A stretch of DNA of 56,871 nt from Thermoanaerobaculia bacterium (GTDB lineage Bacteria > Acidobacteriota > Thermoanaerobaculia > Multivoradales > UBA5704), in assembly GCA_035607435.1 (NCBI GenBank), contig DATMZU010000290.1:1-56871 (forward strand), given 5' to 3'. A program made the position numbers and the translations under genes. Below are positions 1 to 10,982 of this stretch, piece after piece. The notes under the pieces are model-generated. The model was not told where the DNA came from. It ran no database searches and saw only the letters and a list, made by a program, of their open reading frames with translations. The stretch's first letter is position 1. Each line of letters starts with the position of its first letter.

Positions 1-31
1 CGGTAATCGTGACGATCTTGTCGTTCGCCAT
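1..31 (-). CDS. 5' end (10 codons, MANDKIVTIT) of an unidentified gene that leaves the window
   Basis: ATG at 29-31 on the minus strand, with an AAGGAGAGGG Shine-Dalgarno-like run upstream (plus 38-47). Too short to name. Confidence 0.3.
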   Translation of the reverse strand, partial: MANDKIVTIT

Positions 32-242
32 TTTGAATCCCTCTCCTTCTTCGAGCGGCGGGCTTGGCCGCCGCGAATGTGGGTAACCTCTAGACCGGCC
101 TTTGGTGACCGGTGCGTCTCAACTTCCGTCTCGACTCTGAGACAAAAGTTCGGGATCGGGGCGTTCGCCGAGGCGCTTTCGACCGATCCTTCTGTACTGA
201 ACGATCTTTCTCCTGAGTTTACTCCCGGGCCTTCGGTACCGG

Positions 243-1199
243 TCAGACTTCTACGTCTTCCATCCGTTTGCGCGCGAAATGCTCGCGCGTCGCCTCGACG
301 TCGCGACCGATCTGGGCCGAGAGGTCCATCACGGTCGGGAAAATCCGCTCCTCGCGCAGCTGGCGGTGGAACTGAAGCTCCACCCGTTCGCCATAGACGT
401 CGGCGGAGAAGTCGAGGATATGGCTCTCGACCACTCTTTGGTAGTTCTCGTACACGGTCGGCCGGGTTCCGACGTTGGTGACACAGTCGAAAGTGGCCGG
501 ATAGCTGGGGAAATGGACCCGCGAAACGTAGACGCCGTCGCCCGGCAGCAGGCGATGATCGGAGGCGACGTTGATCGTCGGCCAGCCGAGCCGCTGGCCC
601 ATCCGGTCGCCTCGGGCGACCGTCCCGGTGATCGCGAACGGCCGGCCGAGCATGTCGTTCGCCTCGGCGATCCGGCCGTCGCCGATCGCCGCGCGGATGC
701 GGGTGCTGGAGATCCGCTCGCCGCGGTAGATCACCTCTTCGACCGGGTGGGCGGTGAATCCGAGCGTCTGGCCCATCTCGGCGAGCAGCGCGAGGTTCCC
801 CTCCCGCTCGCGGCCGAAGGTGAACGAGGCCCCGACGTGGATCTCGCGGACCGCCAATTCCCGGTGGAGAAAGTCGCGCACGAACTGGCGCGCCGGCATG
901 CGCGCCAGCTCGCGAGTGAAACGGACGATGAGTAAATATTGCACGTCCAGCGCACGCAGCTGGCGCTCCTTCTGCTCCGGCGTGGTGATCAGCAGTGGGG
1001 CCTGGGCGGGACGCAGGACGGAGAGCGGATGCGGGTCGAACGTCACCACAACGGCCGGGCAGGCGGCCTCGCGCGCCCGGGCGGCGACCTGATCGAGGAT
1101 CGCCTGCTGTCCGCGGTGAACGCTGTCGTAATTGCTGATCGTGGCGATGCCTTCGCGCGGCGGATCGCTCGCGTCCAGAGCGTCCTGGATGACGATCAT
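243..1199 (-). CDS. ribF: bifunctional riboflavin kinase / FMN adenylyltransferase
   Basis: 318-aa ORF. N-terminal nucleotidyltransferase region (ISNYDSVHRGQQAIL, VVTFDPHP) and C-terminal riboflavin kinase region (GRPFAITGTVARGDRMGQRLGWPTINV, ERVELQFHRQLREERIF). Confidence 0.93.
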   Translation of the reverse strand: MIVIQDALDASDPPREGIATISNYDSVHRGQQAILDQVAARAREAACPAVVVTFDPHPLSVLRPAQAPLLITTPEQKERQLRALDVQYLLIVRFTRELARMPARQFVRDFLHRELAVREIHVGASFTFGREREGNLALLAEMGQTLGFTAHPVEEVIYRGERISSTRIRAAIGDGRIAEANDMLGRPFAITGTVARGDRMGQRLGWPTINVASDHRLLPGDGVYVSRVHFPSYPATFDCVTNVGTRPTVYENYQRVVESHILDFSADVYGERVELQFHRQLREERIFPTVMDLSAQIGRDVEATREHFARKRMEDVEV

Positions 1200-1212
1200 C
1201 GGGGGTCCGTTC

Positions 1213-2673
1213 TCAAAGAGAGAGCGCGGCCAGCTCGTCGATTTCGGCGGGAATCACGCCGGGGGCCGGCAAGCGGCCGAAGGAGCCGACGATGCGGCCG
1301 ACCAGATCGGTCGGGTGCGCTTCGGTGATCTCGACCTCGACGATCGATCCCACCGGAGCCGAGCCGTCGTTGATCAGAATGCGGCCGTCGATCTCCGGGG
1401 CTTGTCCCTGGTGCCGGCCCTGGAGCAGGTGCTCGCTCTCCTCGCAGACCCCTTCGACGAGGACGGCCATCCGCTGGCCCAGGTGGGCGCGTCGGCTCGC
1501 GAGCGCGATCGGAGCTTGCGTTTCGAGCAGCTGGCGATGGCGGCGGCGCGCGGTCTGTTTCGGCACCCGGTTGGGCAAGCCGGCGCCGGGGGTCTCCGGC
1601 TCGGGGCTGTAGGCGAAGGCGCCGAGATGGTCGAACCGCGCGCGCTCGACGAAGCGGAGCAGGTCCTGGAAGTGCTCCTCGGTCTCGCCCGGAAAGCCGA
1701 CGATGAACGTGGTGCGCAGCGAGATGTCGGGCGCCAGCTCCCGTGCCCGATCGAGCAGTTTCATGTAGCGCTTCGCGTCGCCGCCGCGGCGCATCGCGGT
1801 GAGGATGTCGCCGTGGCTGTGCTGGAGCGGCATGTCGAGATAGGAGCAGAAGCGCGGCTCCTGGCCCATCAGGCGGAGGAGATCCTCGTCGAGCGTGGTC
1901 GGGTAGGCGTAGAGGAAGCGGATCCAGGGGATCGAGGTGCCCGCGAGGAGCGCTTCGACCAGCCGGGTCAGGCCGTGGCGGCGATGCCCGAGATCCTCGC
2001 CGTAGCGGGTAGTGTCCTGGGCGATCAAGTTCAGCTCGACCACGCCCGCCGCTTCGAGCTCGCGCGCCTCGGCGACCAGGCTGTCGATCGTCCGGCTGCG
2101 GAACCGGCCGCGCCAGATCGGGATCGCACAGAAGGTGCAGGGGTTGTTGCACCCTTCGGCGACCTTCAGATAGGCGAAACCCTGGGTGGTGAGCAGGCGC
2201 GGCGCGGTGTGATCGAACACCATGTGGGCGGGCGCGGGAAGCGGCGGACCGCCGCCCAGCTGGACCACCTCGCCCACCTCGCGCAGCTGATCAAGGCCGA
2301 CGAAACCGTCGATCTCGGGGATCTCGCGGGACAGCTCGTCGCCGTACCGGTTGACCATGCAGCCGGCGACCAGGAGCCTTTTCACGCCCCCATCGCCTTT
2401 CCGTCCGGCGACCTCCAGGATGGCGTCGATCGATTCCTGCTTCGCCTCTTCGATGAAGCCGCAGGTGTTGACGATCACCGTCTCGGCCGATTCGAGGTCG
2501 CGCACGACCTCATAGCCCCGGCGCGACAGCTCGCCGAGCATGATCTCGCTGTCCACCAGGTTCTTCGGGCAGCCTAAGGAGATCATTCCCACGCGGCCCG
2601 CCCGCCCTGGAGAGGAGGGCGCGTTCGGAAGCGTTCGAGGGCCGGCGCCGGGCCGGACGGGCGTTTCGGACAT
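1213..2673 (-). CDS. rimO: ribosomal protein S12 methylthiotransferase (radical SAM MTTase)
   Basis: ISLGCPKNLVDSE N-terminal MTTase motif, radical-SAM CNNPCTFCAIP (CxxxCxxC) and a TRAM-like C-terminus. Start uncertain: ATG 2673, GTG 2592 or ATG 2586. Confidence 0.9.
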   Translation of the reverse strand: MSETPVRPGAGPRTLPNAPSSPGRAGRVGMISLGCPKNLVDSEIMLGELSRRGYEVVRDLESAETVIVNTCGFIEEAKQESIDAILEVAGRKGDGGVKRLLVAGCMVNRYGDELSREIPEIDGFVGLDQLREVGEVVQLGGGPPLPAPAHMVFDHTAPRLLTTQGFAYLKVAEGCNNPCTFCAIPIWRGRFRSRTIDSLVAEARELEAAGVVELNLIAQDTTRYGEDLGHRRHGLTRLVEALLAGTSIPWIRFLYAYPTTLDEDLLRLMGQEPRFCSYLDMPLQHSHGDILTAMRRGGDAKRYMKLLDRARELAPDISLRTTFIVGFPGETEEHFQDLLRFVERARFDHLGAFAYSPEPETPGAGLPNRVPKQTARRRHRQLLETQAPIALASRRAHLGQRMAVLVEGVCEESEHLLQGRHQGQAPEIDGRILINDGSAPVGSIVEVEITEAHPTDLVGRIVGSFGRLPAPGVIPAEIDELAALSL

Positions 2674-2768
2674 AAGAGCGAAAGTGTAGCAGACGACCCC
2701 GCGGGCGGTCTTTTCTACTCAGGGAATTGTAAGTCGTTCAACTCCTCGGAGTATCCCTTCAAGCCATC

Positions 2769-3584
2769 TCAGACCAGGAGCTCGCCGCGCAGGACGGTCA
2801 CCGCTCGGCCCCCCAGGCGTACCCGATCGCCCGCCCAACGCAGGCGGATCTCGCCACCCCGGGCGGAGGCCTGGTAGGCGAGCAGATCGGTCTTTCCCAG
2901 GCGCTCGCCCCAGAAGGTCGCGAGCGTCGTGTGGGCCGACCCGGTGACCGGATCTTCATCCACCCCCACGCGCGGAGCGAAGAAGCGGGAGACGAAGTCG
3001 TAGCGGCTCCCCTCGTCGGCCTTCGCCGTGACGATCACCCCACGGGCTTCTACGGCCCGCAAAAGGGCCTTATCGGGGGTCAAATCGCGCACCGCCCGCT
3101 CGTCCGGCAGCTCGACCAGAACGTCGTAGCGGCTGCGGCCGACCCGACACAGCTCTTCGGTGGCCAGGCCGAGCGCTTCGGCGAGGCCGGTCGGCGCCTC
3201 GGCGGCCACCGCATTGCGGCTCGGAAAATCGAGCTCGATCAGTCCGTCGCCCGCGTCTTCCGCCGTGAGCAGCCCCGAAAGGGTATGGAACCGCGCCGTC
3301 CGTCCCGGGGCGAGGCGCCCGGTGGTCCAGAGCGCGTGCGCCGCGGCGAGGGTGGCATGGCCGCACAGCTCGACCTCCACCCCCGGGGTGAACCAGCGAA
3401 GCGCGAAATCGCCGTCGCCCTGGCCGACTACGAACGCGGTCTCCGACAGGTTCATTTCCCGCGCAACCGACTGCATCCACTCGGCCTCCGCGGGAGCGGC
3501 CAACAAACAGATCGCCGCGGGGTTGCCCGAGAACGGCCGATCGGTGAAAGCATCGATCTGGAGCAACGGCAGAGTGCGCGACAT
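2769..3584 (-). CDS. PhzF-family isomerase-like protein
   Basis: 271-aa ORF. LPLLQIDAFTDRPFSGNPAAICLL N-terminus, ETAF motif and overall PhzF/YddE-like layout. Confidence 0.85.
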   Translation of the reverse strand: MSRTLPLLQIDAFTDRPFSGNPAAICLLAAPAEAEWMQSVAREMNLSETAFVVGQGDGDFALRWFTPGVEVELCGHATLAAAHALWTTGRLAPGRTARFHTLSGLLTAEDAGDGLIELDFPSRNAVAAEAPTGLAEALGLATEELCRVGRSRYDVLVELPDERAVRDLTPDKALLRAVEARGVIVTAKADEGSRYDFVSRFFAPRVGVDEDPVTGSAHTTLATFWGERLGKTDLLAYQASARGGEIRLRWAGDRVRLGGRAVTVLRGELLV

Positions 3585-3755
3585 TCAGCCTCCGTCAGAA
3601 TCAGCTACGGGATAGATTCTAGCCGACGCCGAAAGGCTCCGGCAGCTTAACCGCTCGCGCTTTAGCAAAGGGAAAAGGAATTGGCACTGAACCTGCAGTG
3701 TGACCCGTTCGATGACTCCAGCCAACCCTTGCCGGACTTAAAGCCAGAGAATCCC

Positions 3756-5111
<1,356 letters not shown>

Positions 5112-5247
5112 ACGACCCGGCGCGGTCCTCGGCGGTGAGCGGCGCCCGTTGCCGCCGCCCCGGGGGCCGACAGCGGTTTCGGCGGGCACCGACCCTGCTA
5201 GACTGCGCATCGAACGGCCGGCGGCGCTTCCGTCCGCCGAGCTTGCC

Positions 5248-6399
5248 ATGACCCCGCCCTTCGCCACCGCTCTTGCCCCGGGGGCTGCACCGCTCCTCGG
5301 CGAAACCTTGTCCTTCGGCCCCCTGTTCGCCGATTTTCGGAGCCGGCTCGACGCCGCGCTCGCCGATCTGCTCGCGGGGAAGAGACGCGCGGCGGCTTCC
5401 GACGGCGAGAACGGCGATCCGGCGCGGCTGGAGCTGATCGACGGCGTCGGCCATCTCGCCGCCTTGGGCGGCAAGCGGCTGCGCCCCGCGTTCGTCTGGT
5501 TCACCTATCGCGCTCTCGGCGGTACGCGGAGCGAAGTGGCGTTGCCGCTCGCCCTCGCGACCGAGCTGCTGCACACCTATCTGCTGATCCACGACGACGT
5601 AATGGATCACGCCGATCTCCGCCGCGGCGAGCCCTCGGCGCAGGTGCGCTTTCGCGACGCCTACCGGGCGCGCAATCTGGCGGGCGACGCGGGCGAGTTC
5701 GGCGTCTCGGTCGCGATCCTCCTGGGCGACCTCGCGCAGACCTGGGCGGTCGAGCAGGTGTTCGCCTTGGCCCTGGACGGCGCGCGGCGCTCCGAGCTGC
5801 TCGCCGCCTTCGCCGCGATGTGCGAAGAGGTGATCGCCGGCCAATACTCCGAGCTGCTGGTCGCCGGCCGCCGCACCCGGCCGGACGAAGTGCGCGAGGA
5901 CGAGCTGCTGCGCGTGCTGCAAATGAAATCGGGGCGCTACACCGCGGAGCGGCCGATCCAGCTCGGCGCGCTCCTCGCCGGAGCACCCGCCGCGACGACC
6001 GCGGCGCTCTGCCGCTACGGCCGCTCGGTGGGCGAGGCGTTCCAGCTCCAGGACGATCTGCTCGGCACGTTCGGCGATCCGGAACGCACCGGCAAGCCGG
6101 TCGAGGCGGATCTCAAAGAGGGCAAGCTCACGTTCCTGATCCATCACGCGCTCGCCGGATCGGCCCCCGCCGACCGGGCGACGATCGCCGCGGCGCTCGG
6201 CGACCCGACCCTCGACGAGCCGCAGGCGCGGCAAATCCAGCGGCTGATCGAGTCGTCCGGAGCGCGGGCCAAGGTCGAGGCGATGATCGACCTGCGGCTC
6301 GAAGACGCCCGCGACGCGCTGTCCGGCCTGGCGCTGGCTCCTGAGGGGGAAGTTTTCTTCACCGGCCTGCTCGATTACTTGCGGGGGCGCGACACTTGA
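5248..6399 (+). CDS. polyprenyl diphosphate synthase (FPP/GGPP synthase family)
   Basis: First Asp-rich motif LLIHDDVMDHADLRRG and second motif FQLQDDLLGTFGD. Start taken at ATG 5248 (MTPPFATAL) rather than ORF-track 5149. Chain-length specificity not determinable by eye. Confidence 0.85.
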   Translation: MTPPFATALAPGAAPLLGETLSFGPLFADFRSRLDAALADLLAGKRRAAASDGENGDPARLELIDGVGHLAALGGKRLRPAFVWFTYRALGGTRSEVALPLALATELLHTYLLIHDDVMDHADLRRGEPSAQVRFRDAYRARNLAGDAGEFGVSVAILLGDLAQTWAVEQVFALALDGARRSELLAAFAAMCEEVIAGQYSELLVAGRRTRPDEVREDELLRVLQMKSGRYTAERPIQLGALLAGAPAATTAALCRYGRSVGEAFQLQDDLLGTFGDPERTGKPVEADLKEGKLTFLIHHALAGSAPADRATIAAALGDPTLDEPQARQIQRLIESSGARAKVEAMIDLRLEDARDALSGLALAPEGEVFFTGLLDYLRGRDT

Positions 6400-7487
6400 G
6401 CGCGCTCGCAGCGGCGACCGAAGCTGATCGGACCGATCCGACGGATCCGACCGATCGGTCCGATGATCCGACCGATCCTGCCCTGCGAGACCGCAAGGCC
6501 GAGCACATTCGCCTGGCTCTCGAAACCCGCATGCAGGTCGAGGCGAGCGCGTTCGACGATTATCGCTTCGGCCATGAGGCTCTGCCCGAGCTCGATTTCG
6601 ACGCGATTGACCTGTCGACCGAGTTTCTTGGGCACCGGCTCAAAGCCCCCCTGCTGATCTCCTCCATGACCGGCGGCACCGAGATCGCCGCGCGGATCAA
6701 CCGCAACCTGGCGCTCGCCGCCGAGGCGACCGGTGTCGCGGTCGGGGTGGGCTCCCAGCGCAAGGCGTTGGAGGACCCGGCCAAAGCTGATAGTTTCCGC
6801 GTTCGCGATCTGGCGCCTTCAGTCCCCCTGCTGGCAAACCTCGGCGCGGTTCAGCTGAACTACGGGATCGGGCTCGACGAATGCCGGCAGGCGGTGGAGA
6901 TGATCGGCGCCGACGCCCTGGTCTTTCACCTGAACCCGCTCCAAGAGGCGATCCAGCCCGAGGGGCAGCGAAATTTCGCCGGCCTGCTCGACCGGATGGC
7001 CGCGGTGGCGCAAGAGATCGAGGTGCCGGTGATCGTCAAGGAGGTCGGCTCCGGCCTCTCCGAGGCGACCGGGCGGGCGCTTTACTCGCGGGGGTTTTCG
7101 ATCCTCGACACCGCGGGGGTGGGCGGCACCAGCTGGGCGCGGATCGAAGCGGCGCGGGCGGACGACCTCGATCTCGGCGAGCTGTTCGCCGATTGGGGCG
7201 TGCGGACCCCGGAATCGATCGCGGCGCTCGCGCGGATCGGCGGCTTGACGATTCTCGGCAGCGGCGGCATTCGCCACGGCCTGGACGTCGCCAAGGCGCT
7301 CGCCCTCGGAGCGCGGCTGGCGGGAATGGCCTATCGCTTCCTCGCCGCGGCGACCGAGTCGCCGGAGCGGGTGATCGAGCGGATCGAGCGTACGATCCGC
7401 GAGCTGAAGATCGCGATGTTCTGCCTGGGCGCGAGAACACCCGCGGATTTGACCCAGGCGCGGTTGGAACGAAGGCACGGGGGTTGA
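6396..7487 (+). CDS. fni: type 2 isopentenyl-diphosphate delta-isomerase (FMN-dependent)
   Basis: RKAEHIRLALE, FDDYRFGHEALPELDF, APLLISSMTGGT and a GGIRHG-type TIM-barrel C-terminus. TTG start overlaps the upstream stop by 4 nt. The N-terminus carries a TDP-rich repeat. Confidence 0.9.
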   Translation: MSALAAATEADRTDPTDPTDRSDDPTDPALRDRKAEHIRLALETRMQVEASAFDDYRFGHEALPELDFDAIDLSTEFLGHRLKAPLLISSMTGGTEIAARINRNLALAAEATGVAVGVGSQRKALEDPAKADSFRVRDLAPSVPLLANLGAVQLNYGIGLDECRQAVEMIGADALVFHLNPLQEAIQPEGQRNFAGLLDRMAAVAQEIEVPVIVKEVGSGLSEATGRALYSRGFSILDTAGVGGTSWARIEAARADDLDLGELFADWGVRTPESIAALARIGGLTILGSGGIRHGLDVAKALALGARLAGMAYRFLAAATESPERVIERIERTIRELKIAMFCLGARTPADLTQARLERRHGG

Positions 7488-7563
7488 ATGCTCCGTTGGG
7501 GAACATGCCCCCTGGATTCCAGGTTCTACTTCTCGATTCTGGCTTTCCGATAAGGCTCAGACG

Positions 7564-8853
7564 ATGACCATGATCAGCGCTGTCCCCCCCCTCGCACCCC
7601 TTCGCTCGCGCCACGACGAGCTCGTCAGCGCTCTGGCCTCCCGCGAGCTGCATTTTCATCAGCTGCCCCGGGACCTCTCCGCCGAGGAGGCGAGCGACAT
7701 CCGCCGCGAGGCGATCGAACGGCTCACCCGGACGGAGCTGCACCACATCGCGCACCATTCGCTCGACGTGCAGCGCGCGAGCAAGCGCCACTGCGAAAAC
7801 TTCATCGGCGTCGCCCAGATCCCGATGGGCGTGGTCGGACCGCTCACGGTGCGCGGCCTTTACGCCGAGGGAGAGTTCTACGTCCCGCTCGCCACCACCG
7901 AGGCGGCGCTGGTCGCGAGCACCAACCGCGGCTGTACGGCGATCCGCGAAGCGGGCGGCGCGGTGGTGCGGGTGGAAGACGTCGGCATGACCCGCGCGCC
8001 GGTCTTCCGCACCTCGGGGATCGAGCAGACCCAGCGCTTTCTCGCCTGGATCAAAGACCACTTCGACGACCTCAAAGCGGTGACCGAGAAGACCAGCCAT
8101 CACCTGCGGCTGGTGGACGTGCGAACGTTCGCGTTCGGCACCACCGTGTTCCTCCGCTTCCGCTTCGACGCGGGCGACGCGATGGGCATGAACATGGCGA
8201 CCATCGCCTGCGACCGGGTGGTTTCTGACCTGATCGAACCGGCGACCGGCGTGCCCTGCATCGGCCTCTCGGGCAACTACTGCGTCGATAAAAAGGCCGC
8301 CGACCTGAACTTCCAAGAGGGGCGCGGGAAGAGGATCTACGCCGAGGTGGTGCTCGGTCCCAGAGTGCTGCACGACGTGCTCAAGACCAACGCCAAGGCG
8401 CTCGTCGAGGTGCAGTACCGGAAGAACCTGCTCGGCTCGATCGCCTCGGGCTCCAAGGGCTACAACGCGCACTTCGCCAACGTCCTCGCCGCCTTCTTCA
8501 TCGCCACGGGGCAGGATCCCGCCCACGTGGTCGAGGGGTCGCTCGGCGTCACCTGCATCGAGCCGCGCGGCGAGGATTCGGTGTTCGCCTCGGTGTTCCT
8601 CCCCGACGTGCCGATCGGCGCGATCGGCGGCGGCACCGGCCTTCAGACCCAGAGCGAGGCGCTCGCGATCCTCGGCGTCACCCCCGATCCGGAGCGCCCC
8701 GGCGTCGCCGCGATGCGCCTGGCCGAGATCCTCGGCGCCGCGGTGCTCGCGGGCGAGCTGTCGCTGATGGCGGCTTTCACTTCGCAGGATCTGGCGCGCG
8801 CCCACGAGAAGCTCGGCCGCGGCGTCGAGCGGCCGGCGCTCTCGTTCGACTAA
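7564..8853 (+). CDS. hmgA: hydroxymethylglutaryl-CoA reductase
   Basis: ENFIGVAQIPMGVVGPL, VPLATTEAALVASTNRGC, DAMGMNM and GGGTGL motifs of HMGR. It looks class-I-like, but the class was not verified. Confidence 0.92.
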   Translation: MTMISAVPPLAPLRSRHDELVSALASRELHFHQLPRDLSAEEASDIRREAIERLTRTELHHIAHHSLDVQRASKRHCENFIGVAQIPMGVVGPLTVRGLYAEGEFYVPLATTEAALVASTNRGCTAIREAGGAVVRVEDVGMTRAPVFRTSGIEQTQRFLAWIKDHFDDLKAVTEKTSHHLRLVDVRTFAFGTTVFLRFRFDAGDAMGMNMATIACDRVVSDLIEPATGVPCIGLSGNYCVDKKAADLNFQEGRGKRIYAEVVLGPRVLHDVLKTNAKALVEVQYRKNLLGSIASGSKGYNAHFANVLAAFFIATGQDPAHVVEGSLGVTCIEPRGEDSVFASVFLPDVPIGAIGGGTGLQTQSEALAILGVTPDPERPGVAAMRLAEILGAAVLAGELSLMAAFTSQDLARAHEKLGRGVERPALSFD

Positions 8854-8874
8854 GGCTCGGACCTCCGAGCTTTC

Positions 8875-9972
8875 GTGCGCCCTGTTCGCGTCTCGGTTCC
8901 CGGCAAGCTGATCCTGATCGGCGAGCACGCCGTCGTCTACGGACGGCCGGCGCTCGCCGCGGCGATCGACAAACGCCTGAGCGTCACGCTGGTCCCCACG
9001 GGCTCCGGCGGCGTCTCGCTTTCGCTGCCCGGCATCGCTCACGCCGAGCTAACCTCCTGGATCGAGATCGCCGAGCACGCGTCCCGTGCCTTCGCCGCCT
9101 GGAGGCGTTTCGACGGCGAACCGGCGACCGATTTTTCGGCCGTCCGAGGCACCGAGGCCGCCCACCTGGTGAAAGTGGCGCTCGGCGCCGCCCTCTCCCG
9201 CGCCGGCCTCTCGCCGCGAGAGCTGCCGGGCGTCGAAATCGACGTCCGATCCCACCTGCCGGTGGGCAGCGGATTCGGCAGCTCGGCCGCCGCCGCGGTG
9301 GGCGTGCTCGCGGCGTTCGAAGCGGCGATGGGAAGCGCCACATCGGGCCGCGACGCCCTGCTCGCCGCGGCGCTCGACGTCGAACGTTGCCAGCACGGCC
9401 GGCCGTCGGGCATCGACACCGAAACCGTCGTCCGAGGCGGGCTGGTCTGGGCGGAGCGGACGGCCGAGCACCCGGACCGCTTGAGCTTTGCCACCCTCGA
9501 CTCCGCTTCGCCTCTCCTCTCCGAAATCGCGGTCTACGACACCGGCCGGCCGCGCGAATCGACCGGCGAGGTGGTCGCCGCCGTGCGCCGGGTGCGCGAC
9601 CGCGATCCGCGCCGCTTCGACGAGACGCTCGATCGTTTCGAATGGGCGACGCGCGCGTTTCGCGCCGAGCTGGAAACTCCCGCGGGCTGCCGCCGTACCC
9701 TGATCGGTTGCCTTCGCGAAGCGGAAGCCTGCCTCGAAGCGATGGGCGCGGTGCCCGAAGCGGTGGCGCGCCGGGTGCAAGCGATCGAAGCGGCGGGCGG
9801 CGCGGCGAAGATCTCGGGCGCCGGGGCGGCGAGCGGCGAGGCCGCGGGCTCAATGCTGGTGGTGGCCCCCGAGGCCGGCGAAGCGCAGGCGATCTTGGAA
9901 GGGTATACCCGGCGCGAAGTCGCGCTCGGGGCGCAAGGGTTGCGAATCGAAGAAGCTGAGGAGCACGGATGA
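8875..9972 (+). CDS. mvk: mevalonate kinase (GHMP kinase)
   Basis: GTG start. PGKLILIGEHAVVYGRPALAAAID N-terminus and GHMP motif PVGSGFGSSAAAAV. Confidence 0.9.
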   Translation: MRPVRVSVPGKLILIGEHAVVYGRPALAAAIDKRLSVTLVPTGSGGVSLSLPGIAHAELTSWIEIAEHASRAFAAWRRFDGEPATDFSAVRGTEAAHLVKVALGAALSRAGLSPRELPGVEIDVRSHLPVGSGFGSSAAAAVGVLAAFEAAMGSATSGRDALLAAALDVERCQHGRPSGIDTETVVRGGLVWAERTAEHPDRLSFATLDSASPLLSEIAVYDTGRPRESTGEVVAAVRRVRDRDPRRFDETLDRFEWATRAFRAELETPAGCRRTLIGCLREAEACLEAMGAVPEAVARRVQAIEAAGGAAKISGAGAASGEAAGSMLVVAPEAGEAQAILEGYTRREVALGAQGLRIEEAEEHG

Positions 9973-10973
9973 GCAAAGCCACGTTCGAAGCACCCGCCAA
10001 TATCGCGTTCATCAAGTACTGGGGCGTGCGCGACGCCGCGCTCTGCCTGCCGAACAACCCCTCGATCTCGATGACCCTGAGCCGCTGCGTTTCGACCTGC
10101 ACCGCGGAGCCGATCGACGCGGCGGAGGATGAGATCTGGCTCGCCGAGCCGGACGGCGGCTTCATCGCGCCGAAAGCGGATTTCGCCGGACCGATCCTCC
10201 GTCATCTCGATCGCCTGCGCGGCGAGTTGGGAATACCGCCGGGCGCCGGCCGGCTGCGCATCGCGACGCGCAACAATTTTCCCAGCGCCGCCGGGCTCGC
10301 CTCGTCCGCCTCCGGCTTCTCCGCGCTGACCCTCGCGGCTTCGAGCGCGCTCGGCCGCGGCCTGTCGCCCAGAGAGGCGTCGCTCCTCTCCCGCCGCAGC
10401 GGTTCCGGCTCGGCCTGCCGCTCGGTGCTGGGCGGCTACGTCGAATGGTCGGGCATGGAGGATGAGGATTCCTTCGCCCGGCCGCTCGCCGAGGCCGAGC
10501 ACTGGGACCTGCGCGACATCATCGCGGTGGTCGAGATCGGCCCGAAATCGATCTCGTCCCGCGACGGTCACGCGCTCGCCCAGACGTCGCCCTACTACGC
10601 CCGCCGCCAGGAGCTGATTCCCGACCGGCTGCACCGGGTGCGCAGCGCGATCGCCGACCGCGACTTCGCCCTCCTGGGCGGCACGATCGAAGAGGAGGCG
10701 ATCGACCTCCACCTGATCGCGATGTCCTCCCGCCCCGCCATCCACTACTGGAGCCCCGGCTCGATCGAAGTCCTCCGCGCCGTCCGCGAGCTGCGCCAAG
10801 AAGGCCTCGCCGTCTGGTCCACCATGGACGCCGGAGCGAACGTCCACGTGATCTGCGAGCCCGATTCCGAAGCCGACCTCGTCGACCGCCTGGAGAGCCT
10901 GCCGAGCGTAGGATTCGTCATCCGCGACGGCGTAGGCGACGGCCCGGAGCGGTTGACGGAGCATTTGATCTGA
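9969..10973 (+). CDS. mvaD: mevalonate diphosphate / phosphomevalonate decarboxylase (GHMP family)
   Basis: APANIAFIKYWG, NNFPSAAGLASSASGFSALT and SGSACRS motifs. 4-nt overlap with mvk. Substrate (MVA-5-PP versus MVA-5-P) cannot be decided by eye. Confidence 0.88.
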   Translation: MSKATFEAPANIAFIKYWGVRDAALCLPNNPSISMTLSRCVSTCTAEPIDAAEDEIWLAEPDGGFIAPKADFAGPILRHLDRLRGELGIPPGAGRLRIATRNNFPSAAGLASSASGFSALTLAASSALGRGLSPREASLLSRRSGSGSACRSVLGGYVEWSGMEDEDSFARPLAEAEHWDLRDIIAVVEIGPKSISSRDGHALAQTSPYYARRQELIPDRLHRVRSAIADRDFALLGGTIEEEAIDLHLIAMSSRPAIHYWSPGSIEVLRAVRELRQEGLAVWSTMDAGANVHVICEPDSEADLVDRLESLPSVGFVIRDGVGDGPERLTEHLI

Positions 10974-10982
10974 CCCACCTTC

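Noticed and set aside
2674-2768. Possible terminator hairpin followed by CTTTTCT
   Set aside because: The stem is only about 4 bp with mismatches. The T-run is on the plus strand, while both flanking genes are on the minus strand.
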